Virus record (IMG/VR): IMGVR_UViG_3300017716_003308
Coordinates: 1 to 25,121 of that record
DNA: 25,121 nucleotides
Reading direction: 5' to 3' (one strand)
Source of the DNA: a virus
Lineage: Duplodnaviria > Caudoviricetes
The notes below the pieces were generated by a model that did not search any database, was not told the DNA's origin, and saw only the letters and a list, made by a program, of their open reading frames with translations. This document shows, in pieces, positions 1-7,142 of the stretch. Position 1 is the first letter of the stretch; each line of letters starts with the position of its first letter. The position numbers were made by a program, and so were the translations under genes.

Positions 1-2507
1 GAAGAACCACTCGTCCCGCTTGAACCTGAAGTTCCACTTGAACCATTTATACCTGATGTTCCTGAGCTACCATCTGTTCCGCTAGTTCCTGATGAACCGC
101 TTGAACCTGATGTTCCTGAACTACCATCTGTTCCGCTTGAACCTGAGGTTCCGCTACTACCACTAGTTCCTGAAGAACCACTTGTTCCACTACTACCACT
201 AATTCCCGAAGAACCGCTTGAACCTGAAGAACCATCAATACCACTAATTCCTGAAGTTCCGCTAGTTCCTGATGAACCGCTAGTTCCACTACTACCACTA
301 GTTCCTGAAGAACCACTTGAACCGCTAGTTCCACTTGAACCATCTGTTCCGCTAGTTCCACTTGAACCTGATGAACCACTACTTCCGCTAGTTCCACTTG
401 AACCTGAGGAACCACTAGTTCCTGAGCTACCATCTGTTCCACTTGAACCTGAACTACCACTTGTTCCACTACTTCCACTAATCCCTGAAGAACCACTTGA
501 ACCGGATGTTCCTGAAGAACCTGATGTTCCCGAACTACCATCTGTTCCGCTAGTTCCTGATGAACCACTTGAACCCGATGTTCCTGACGAACCGCTTGAA
601 CCCGATGTTCCTGACGAACCACTAGTTCCACTACTACCACTAATTCCTGAAGAACCGCTGGTTCCGCTTGAACCTGATGTTCCCGAACTACCATCTGTTC
701 CGCTAGTTCCGCTGGAACCGTTTGACCCTGATGAACCACTTGTTCCGCTCGAACCGCTGGTTCCGTTTGAACCTGATGTTCCACTACTTCCTGATGAACC
801 GCTTGTTCCGCTACTACCACTAATTCCCGAAGAACCACTTGTACCGCTTGAACCTGAAGAACCATCAATACCACTAATACCTGAAGTACCACTACTTCCA
901 CTTGTACCTGACGAACCTGAAGAACCACTCGTTCCGGAACTTCCTGATGTCCCTGAAGAACCGTTAATACCACTTGTTCCGCTTGAACCTGAAGTTCCTG
1001 AAGAACCTGAGCTACCACTTGTTCCTGAAGAACCTGAAGTCCCACTACTACCATCCGTTCCGCTTGTTCCACTACTACCACTTGTTCCGCTTGAACCTGA
1101 AGTTCCTGAAGAACCGTTAATACCACTTGAACCGCTAGTTCCTGATGAACCATCTGTTCCACTAGTTCCTGATGAACCACTTGAACCTGAGGTTCCTGAA
1201 GAACCACTAGTTCCTGATGAACCATCTGTTCCGCTAGTTCCTGATGAACCACTTGAACCTGATGTTCCTGAACTACCATCTGTTCCGCTAGTTCCTGATG
1301 AACCACTTGTCCCACTTGAGCCTGAACTACCAGATGAACCACTTGTCCCGCTTGAACCTGAAGTTCCACTTGATCCATTTATACCTGATGTTCCTGAACT
1401 ACCATCTGTTCCACTTGTTCCACTTGAACCTGATGTTCCTGAACTACCATCTGTTCCTGAAGAACCACTCGTACCACTACTTCCGTTAACCCCCGAAGAA
1501 CCTGAAGTTCCACTTGAACCATTTATACCTGAGGTTCCGCTACTACCATTTATACCTGAGGTTCCGCTACTACCACTTGTTCCTGAAGAACCTGATGAAC
1601 CCGAAGTTCCTGAAGAACCTGATGAACCCGAAGTTCCTCCGGTAATATTAATTAAGACATTCCCACCTCCATTATCAATAACGGAAGCACCTGAAAATGT
1701 CATACCTGTAACATTTATTGCCGTCACCCCTGAGGTTGCATTATAAATTGTTAAAGGACTTCCTCCACCTCCTGTAGTGAATCCTGATACAACAACTGAA
1801 GAAGCATCACTATTATTTAATGTAAGTATACCCGTTCCACTATTGTATGTTCCACCAGTAATCGTTCCATTGAACCCTGATATTGAGATGGTTCCTCCCG
1901 TATTATTAAATAAATTTAAAGTCGTTATTGCAGAATAATAAGTTCCTCCTGTTATTTGAACATCACTTCCATAAAATATTTTCCATCTTGCATCATTACG
2001 ATTAACACCATTTACTCCTTCAATTGTTGAACCAGTCCAAGTTCCAATAAAATCTTTTCCGGCTTGCGAACGATTATTAACTACCGTTCCATAATTACTA
2101 ATTGTTATTGCTGAACTACCTGTAAGTCCCGTTAAAGACCCCCATAATGTATCATAATTTGGTATTGAGAATTGATAAACCGTATCCGTTTCTTGGACAT
2201 ACACTTGCATACCCAATCGCCTTCTTCCCGAAGAAATATTATCTGAATTTAAAGTAATAAAATCAGGAGAGAATGGAGTGCCAGTCCCTTTTGTAAAATT
2301 AATGGGAATTGTGTTGGCAGATAATTGAATATTTGTAGGGAACGTTGCCGCGGTTAATGTTAACAATAAATCATCTAAATTGTAAACCTCCATATAACCT
2401 CCTGTCTGTAAAACAGAGAAATTTGTCCCAAACGTACTCGTCCTTACGACACTATTAGGTCCCGATAATTGTGATGATGTTAAAGGATTTTTATATGGAA
2501 AAGACAT
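1..2507 (-). CDS. Gly-X-X (GSS/GTS/GTD) repeat fibre / collagen-like putative tail-fibre protein, 3' end truncated by window edge (>835 aa)
   Basis: Hand translation from ATG at 2507 (MSFPYKNPLTSSQLSGPNSVVRTSTFGTNFSVLQTGGYMEVY...DNISSGRRRLGMQVYVQETDTVYQF...) shows no stop over ~290 aa, then Gly-X-X triplets from 1637 to the edge. It is absent from the ORF track because there is no stop in the window. It lies co-directional with, and 30 bp downstream of, the 370-aa gene. Confidence 0.9.
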   Translation of the reverse strand, partial: MSFPYKNPLTSSQLSGPNSVVRTSTFGTNFSVLQTGGYMEVYNLDDLLLTLTAATFPTNIQLSANTIPINFTKGTGTPFSPDFITLNSDNISSGRRRLGMQVYVQETDTVYQFSIPNYDTLWGSLTGLTGSSAITISNYGTVVNNRSQAGKDFIGTWTGSTIEGVNGVNRNDARWKIFYGSDVQITGGTYYSAITTLNLFNNTGGTISISGFNGTITGGTYNSGTGILTLNNSDASSVVVSGFTTGGGGSPLTIYNATSGVTAINVTGMTFSGASVIDNGGGNVLINITGGTSGSSGSSGTSGSSGSSGTSGSSGTSGINGSSGTSGINGSSGTSGSSGVNGSSGTSGSSGTDGSSGTSGSSGTSGTDGSSGTSGINGSSGTSGSSGTSGSSGSSGSSGTSGSSGTSGTDGSSGTSGSSGSSGTSGTDGSSGTSGSSGTSGSSGSSGTSGTDGSSGTSGSSGINGSSGTSGSSGTSGSSGTSGTDGSSGTSGSSGTSGSSGSSGTSGSSGTSGINGSSGTSGSSGTSGSSGSSGTSGSSGTSGISGIDGSSGSSGTSGSSGISGSSGTSGSSGSSGTSGSNGTSGSSGTSGSSGSNGSSGTSGTDGSSGTSGSSGTSGSSGISGSSGTSGSSGTSGSSGSSGTSGSSGSSGTSGTDGSSGTSGSSGTSGSSGSSGISGSSGTSGSSGSSGTDGSSGTSGSSGSSGTSGSSGSSGSSGTSGTDGSSGTSGSSGSSGTSGSSGTSGSSGTSGTSGISGIDGSSGSSGSSGISGSSGTSGSSGTSGSSGTSGSSGTDGSSGTSGSSGSSGTSGTDGSSGTSGINGSSGTSGSSGTSGS
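3..1637 (-). repeat. 9-bp-period coding repeat, ~182 Gly-X-X triplets (GSS, GTS, GTD, GIN, GID, GIS)
   Basis: Gly codons (plus-strand NCC) sit at positions = 6 mod 9 at both ends and at spot checks (456, 906, 1302). Longer blocks such as GTTCCTGAACTACCATCTGTTCC recur. Confidence 0.95.
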
Positions 2508-2537
2508 GTTTTATATTATTATTTTATATGTTTTTAT

Positions 2538-3650
2538 TTATGTTTTAGTATCACCTTTAACCCAAAATGTTGTTAATAATGGTGTGGTGTTTGGTTGATT
2601 ATATAGTTCAATCATCCATAACACTCGGTAAACACCAGCAGGAATTGCACACCCACCAGGAACTGTAACATTAACCGCGGCATTACCAGCATCAGGCACA
2701 CCGTCATTAATAATAGAAACAGAACAAGCACTACCATTTCCAACATCAAGAGTCATATTATTAAGTGTTCCTCCAACACCTGACAATGGTATCCAAACGG
2801 TATATGTATATTGAATTGATGAATTAACTTGGCTAGTGTTTACTTGAATACTACCGAATGTATATTGATTCTGAGAACATCCGTAGCTATCAACTCCAGA
2901 ACCCGATGATTGTCTTATTTGACCTGATAGTGTTGAAACATTAGTTATAAAGTTTCCAACTGACCCTGTCCATCCTGAATATTGAGCATAAATGGCCATA
3001 TCACCTGCATAATTTGTTCCTGCAGGGACACCACTATTACCATATCCAAAGAATGAATTTGCACCTGAAGAAAACATAAATGACCCTAAATCATTTGACG
3101 AAGTGCTATCTTGTGGTTCAGGGAATAAATAAGCATAATAAAGTCCTTGAGTTGGAGACGGTGTAATTGTTGGAGTAGGTGTAGGCGAACTTGTTTTTGT
3201 CGGTGTCGTTGTAGGAGTTGATGTAATTGTTGGTGTTGGGCTAGGAGATAATCCAGGAGTTACAGTCGGTGTTGGTGTTGGCGTTGAAGTTGTTGTCGGA
3301 GTTACAGTTGGTGTTGTAGTTTTTGTTGGAGTTATTGTTGGTGTTGGGCTCGGAGATAGTCCAGGAGTTACAGTTGGTGTTGGTGTAATCGTTGGTGTTG
3401 GAGTCGGTGTTGGACTACTACATGGGATAAGTTCAAATAATTCACATCCGTTAGCATCAACTAACGTTAGTAATATTTCAGGAGCTGTCTCAAATATTGA
3501 CGGAATAATTGTGGTATAAAATAACGCAGGAGGTACAGGACCAGATGTTATTGTTGTTAAATAACTTTTATTATTCCCATAAACATCTGAGATATAAACC
3601 TCAATTGGATAAGTTCCGCCCGAAATATTTGTTATTCGTATTTGTACCAT
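2538..3650 (-). CDS. putative virion accessory protein: N-terminal SprB-like/Ig-like domain, Pro/Thr-rich linker, C-terminal beta-rich domain (370 aa)
   Basis: ORF track. The N-terminus [12 protein letters not shown]...LTLVDANGC resembles the repeats of the upstream gene. A ~90-aa PTPTPT linker (approx 3150-3419) contains [18 protein letters not shown] twice. Confidence 0.75.
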   Translation of the reverse strand: MVQIRITNISGGTYPIEVYISDVYGNNKSYLTTITSGPVPPALFYTTIIPSIFETAPEILLTLVDANGCELFELIPCSSPTPTPTPTITPTPTVTPGLSPSPTPTITPTKTTTPTVTPTTTSTPTPTPTVTPGLSPSPTPTITSTPTTTPTKTSSPTPTPTITPSPTQGLYYAYLFPEPQDSTSSNDLGSFMFSSGANSFFGYGNSGVPAGTNYAGDMAIYAQYSGWTGSVGNFITNVSTLSGQIRQSSGSGVDSYGCSQNQYTFGSIQVNTSQVNSSIQYTYTVWIPLSGVGGTLNNMTLDVGNGSACSVSIINDGVPDAGNAAVNVTVPGGCAIPAGVYRVLWMIELYNQPNTTPLLTTFWVKGDTKT

Positions 3651-3695
3651 TGTCTATAACTCGCCCAAGAACTAAAGATTCCTGAGTATTTAAAT

Positions 3696-3703
3696 TATAA
3701 ATA
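3696..3703 (-). promoter_or_regulatory. TATTTATA putative late-promoter motif upstream of the 370-aa gene
   Basis: The same 8-mer is found on the coding strand upstream of several genes (11717-11724, 23254-23261, 23281-23288; TATTTATT at 20857-20864). Confidence 0.45.
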
Positions 3704-3827
3704 TCATCATTAATAATTTTGAACCTCACTTAATCACATCAACTCGTTCGTCCGTTGTTTAAATTCCTATTGACATTTCATGTGGATTAAGTAAAAAACG
3801 TTAATTAACTTTAAGTAATTTAATAAC

Positions 3828-6800
3828 CTATGGGATGATTGAACAATTTTTACTTATCAAAATAACTTCTAAATTAGTGCCGGTTATAGAGTTAACATTC
3901 GCAGTAAAAACAATAGTACAAAGGGATGTAAATGGTGTTTGAGCATTTGCCCATGGCTCACTATTAGTATATCCCGCAGTTGTCATAAGATTACCTGTTA
4001 AGTCCAAAACCTCTAAACTATTGGGTAACGAAATTGTTGGGTTAAATGTTACAATATTATTACCAGATAAACCTAATAAGATCAAGCTCGTTGGTAATGT
4101 AATTGATGGATTAAATGTTACAATTAGATTACCTGTTAAGTCCAAACCCTCTAAACTATTGGGTAACGCAATTGATGGATTAAATGTTACAATTTGATTA
4201 CCTCCTAAACCTAATAAGTTCAAGCTCGTTGGTAACGCAATTGATGGATTAAATGTTGTAATATTATTGTCACTTAATTGTAATTCAATTAAACTCGTTG
4301 GTAAGGCAATTGATGGATTAAATGTTACAATATTATTACTAGATAAACCTAATACGTTCAAGCTCGTTGGTAAGGCAATTGATGGATTAAATGTTACGAT
4401 ATTATTGTCACTTAATTGTAATTCAAGTAAACTCGTTGGTAACGCAATTGATGGATTAAATGTTACAATTTGATTATCTCCTAAACCTAATAAGTTCAAG
4501 CTCGTTGGTAACGCAATTGATGGATTAAATGTTACAATTTGATTATCTCCTAAACCTAATGCGTTCAAACTAGTTGGTAAGGCAATTGACGGATTAAATG
4601 TAACAATTTGATTACCAATTAAATTTAATTGGGTTAAGCTCGTTGGTAATGCAATTGACGGATTAAATGTTACAATATTATTATCAATTAAATTTAATAG
4701 GGTCAAGCTCGTTGGTAATGCAATTGACGGATTAAATGTTACAATATTATTGTCTGATAACAACAAATTCTCTAAACCTGTTAACCCTCCTACTTTATTA
4801 ACCAAAGTTACACCCGCATTATTTAAATTTAACGCTATAACCCCATTAACTAAAATAGCCGCTTGTAACCGACCTCCATTCAAACTAAATGCGGTAATAT
4901 TAACAGAAGTTGCCCCCAAGGAGGTTAACCATGCGACGAATGTGGCTTGATTTGTCACACCGACTAAACCCCAATTAGCGGTAATATCAAAATTAAAAGG
5001 ATCGACTCCACACTCTAAACAACTAATGTCATAAACTATTACCAATTCTATAATTATTCTTTGATTAATTAATGTGGTGTCTCCCGGTTCGGTATTAATT
5101 ATTATTTGATTTTCTAATAAATTGAAAGTTACCTCACCAATGCCAGGAATGGTTAATAGTAAATCTTTGATAGTTTCACAATATAGTTCATCAGTAGGGA
5201 CTGAAGTTAATGTAGTTCCGGTAAAAAAAGTTTCACTTGTTGATAACCCCAAAGGTATAACTGATACTTCAACACCAAAAATTGCGGAATTTAATTTACA
5301 TCCAACCTTACCAATAGTTAAATCATTAAATCCTTCATTCAACATTTGAAGTATACCATATTTTGATTGAGGTTTTATAATAAAATCTTCTCCTCCCATC
5401 ACATATGTTTGATATGATACATAGAGTTTATCACAATTAATTGGAACACTTCTACTTAAAGAACAACCAACACTATCAACAACGGTCAGACTATAAGTAC
5501 CAGCACTTAACCCACTAACTTGTATATTTTGAGGATTACTTGGGATATTATTTGACCAATAAAATGTGAATGGTGGTTCACCACTAGAAATTAATGCGGA
5601 TATTTTCCCATCGAATCCACTACCACATGAAGTACTATATAATGCAAAATCTAAAGGATTACTTGAGCTAACATTTACTTGTGTCGTTTGAACACACCCT
5701 CCCCCATCTGTTACGGTAATTGTATGTTGACCTGAATTCACATTTGAAAATGTGACTGCGGACAATGTCGTATTTGAAAAGATTTGAACACCATCCATCG
5801 AATATGTGTATGGTTGTGCTCCACCTTCCGACCTTATTACTAATATCGAACCATTATTTTGATTACAAGTCGTGCCGGTGGTATTAGTAGATATGGTAAA
5901 AGTATCAGTTGCGAATAACGTAACCTCTTCCATATATGAACAAGATGATGAATCTTGAACCGCAACAGAATAAGTACCTGAAGAAAGACTTGGGAATATT
6001 TGAACAGTTTGATTGCCGGTAATATTACTGGTATTTCCATTAGGATAAATTAAGGTATAGATATATGGCGTTACCCCACCAACAACAGAAACTTGTATTG
6101 ATCCGTCACTACTTGAACAAGTAGACCCATTTGTGTTAATACTAACAGATGTCATACCTTGAGGTGATGCCAATGATGTTCCGGCAACAAATGAACATAA
6201 TGCCGCGTCTGTTACCTGAAACAGATAATTTCCCGCAGATAATCCGGATAAAGTGAATGAAGTACCATATTGAATGGCAACCGCCCCTGTTGATGCCGAG
6301 TAATAATATGGAGTAGTCCCTCCGGTTATTTGAATTGTAATCGACCCATCCGCGGCAAAACAACTTGGCGGTACTGCAGTAAATGTACCTAAACCAACTT
6401 GAGGAACATCTACAACATTTACCCCTTCAGTTTGTGAACACCCTAAAGAATCCGTAACAGTTACCGAATAGGCTCCTGAAGTTAGACCAGTTATGGTAGA
6501 CCCTGTTGCTCCATTAGACCAAATATAACTATACGGGGGAGACCCAGTGACTCCCGTAACAAAAAGTTTACCTATAGGTGTTCCTCCACAAGAAGAATTT
6601 GGCACATTATATATTCCAAAATCTAAAGGACTTGAGTCTTCAATAATAAAATTTTGACTATATCCTGTGCACCCACCTATATCAACGACCTGCATGTAAT
6701 AAGTTCCGGCACTTAAACCTCCGAAAATCACATCGTTTACATTGATATTTGTGGTTTGTAATGTAATAAAATTATCGTTAGAGTCGTATAAATAAAAATC

Positions 6801-7142
6801 AGTTGTAGAATAATTTGATGATGATGTACCAGTTACTGAACCATTATCTAATGAGCATGTTGTTCCTTGGACTCCAAGGATATTAGCACATACCCCTGAC
6901 GATACGGGTATATTAATATTTAATGTCTGATTAACAGGTAATGTACTATCATTAACAGTTACAATGTAAGTGTCGGAATTTAGTGAGGTTCGTATTGATG
7001 GTTGGAATGTGATTACATCCGTACCTAAACTTGGTGAGACCCATTGTACCGTGTACGGAGGACTACCTGAGTTAATTAATAGAGATATTGCACCTGAACC
7101 TGTGCTTTGGCAATCCCCTGTAACTGATATATTAGCGTTCAT
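3828..7142 (-). CDS. SprB-repeat adhesin-like virion protein with C-terminal leucine-rich-repeat module (1104 aa)
   Basis: The start is placed at ATG 7142 (TAATG overlap with the upstream stop) rather than TTG 7154. It has seven ~80-aa repeats (GSI.....GG..PY.Y ... GLSAGTY...V.D..GC, SprB-like), a ~130-aa domain ending YDISC, then 12 LRRs LxxLxLxxNxIVTFNPSIALPTS. Confidence 0.85.
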   Translation of the reverse strand: MNANISVTGDCQSTGSGAISLLINSGSPPYTVQWVSPSLGTDVITFQPSIRTSLNSDTYIVTVNDSTLPVNQTLNINIPVSSGVCANILGVQGTTCSLDNGSVTGTSSSNYSTTDFYLYDSNDNFITLQTTNINVNDVIFGGLSAGTYYMQVVDIGGCTGYSQNFIIEDSSPLDFGIYNVPNSSCGGTPIGKLFVTGVTGSPPYSYIWSNGATGSTITGLTSGAYSVTVTDSLGCSQTEGVNVVDVPQVGLGTFTAVPPSCFAADGSITIQITGGTTPYYYSASTGAVAIQYGTSFTLSGLSAGNYLFQVTDAALCSFVAGTSLASPQGMTSVSINTNGSTCSSSDGSIQVSVVGGVTPYIYTLIYPNGNTSNITGNQTVQIFPSLSSGTYSVAVQDSSSCSYMEEVTLFATDTFTISTNTTGTTCNQNNGSILVIRSEGGAQPYTYSMDGVQIFSNTTLSAVTFSNVNSGQHTITVTDGGGCVQTTQVNVSSSNPLDFALYSTSCGSGFDGKISALISSGEPPFTFYWSNNIPSNPQNIQVSGLSAGTYSLTVVDSVGCSLSRSVPINCDKLYVSYQTYVMGGEDFIIKPQSKYGILQMLNEGFNDLTIGKVGCKLNSAIFGVEVSVIPLGLSTSETFFTGTTLTSVPTDELYCETIKDLLLTIPGIGEVTFNLLENQIIINTEPGDTTLINQRIIIELVIVYDISCLECGVDPFNFDITANWGLVGVTNQATFVAWLTSLGATSVNITAFSLNGGRLQAAILVNGVIALNLNNAGVTLVNKVGGLTGLENLLLSDNNIVTFNPSIALPTSLTLLNLIDNNIVTFNPSIALPTSLTQLNLIGNQIVTFNPSIALPTSLNALGLGDNQIVTFNPSIALPTSLNLLGLGDNQIVTFNPSIALPTSLLELQLSDNNIVTFNPSIALPTSLNVLGLSSNNIVTFNPSIALPTSLIELQLSDNNITTFNPSIALPTSLNLLGLGGNQIVTFNPSIALPNSLEGLDLTGNLIVTFNPSITLPTSLILLGLSGNNIVTFNPTISLPNSLEVLDLTGNLMTTAGYTNSEPWANAQTPFTSLCTIVFTANVNSITGTNLEVILISKNCSIIP
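3987..4775 (-). repeat. tandem array of 69-bp coding units (11 complete + 1 partial 23-aa LRR)
   Basis: Units start at 4775, 4706, ... 4016 with an exact 69-bp period. A near-invariant core ATTGTAACATTTAATCC(A/G)TCAATTGCNTTACCAACGAG alternates with variable ~30-bp segments. Confidence 0.95.

Noticed and set aside
47-1378. 443-aa Q/V/E-rich ORF in the supplied track
   Set aside because: It is a frame-shifted shadow of the Gly-X-X repeat. The Gly frame is continuous with a complex N-terminal domain and an ATG at 2507.
1-1746. Stop-free plus-strand frame reading EEPLVPLEPEVP...
   Set aside because: It is the antisense shadow of the GSS/GTS codons and closes (TAA 1744-1746) soon after the repeat ends. 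All credible genes are on the minus strand.
3728-3792. Hammerhead ribozyme in the three-way-junction-like intergenic fold
   Set aside because: A GAAA is present but the CUGANGA core is missing on both strands.
3801-3830. TAG reassignment or read-through at the only TAG stop
   Set aside because: All long ORFs are intact under the standard code, and read-through would add only ~9 residues before a TAA. There is no positive evidence.
3987-4775. CRISPR-like look (constant ~40 bp alternating with variable ~30 bp)
   Set aside because: The period is exactly 23 codons in an open frame. The 'spacers' are related to each other and keep the LxxLxLxxN pattern, and no cas genes are present.
3828-4775. 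Diversity-generating retroelement target
   Set aside because: No reverse transcriptase or separate template repeat is visible in the window. Differences between units do not look adenine-restricted and include block swaps.
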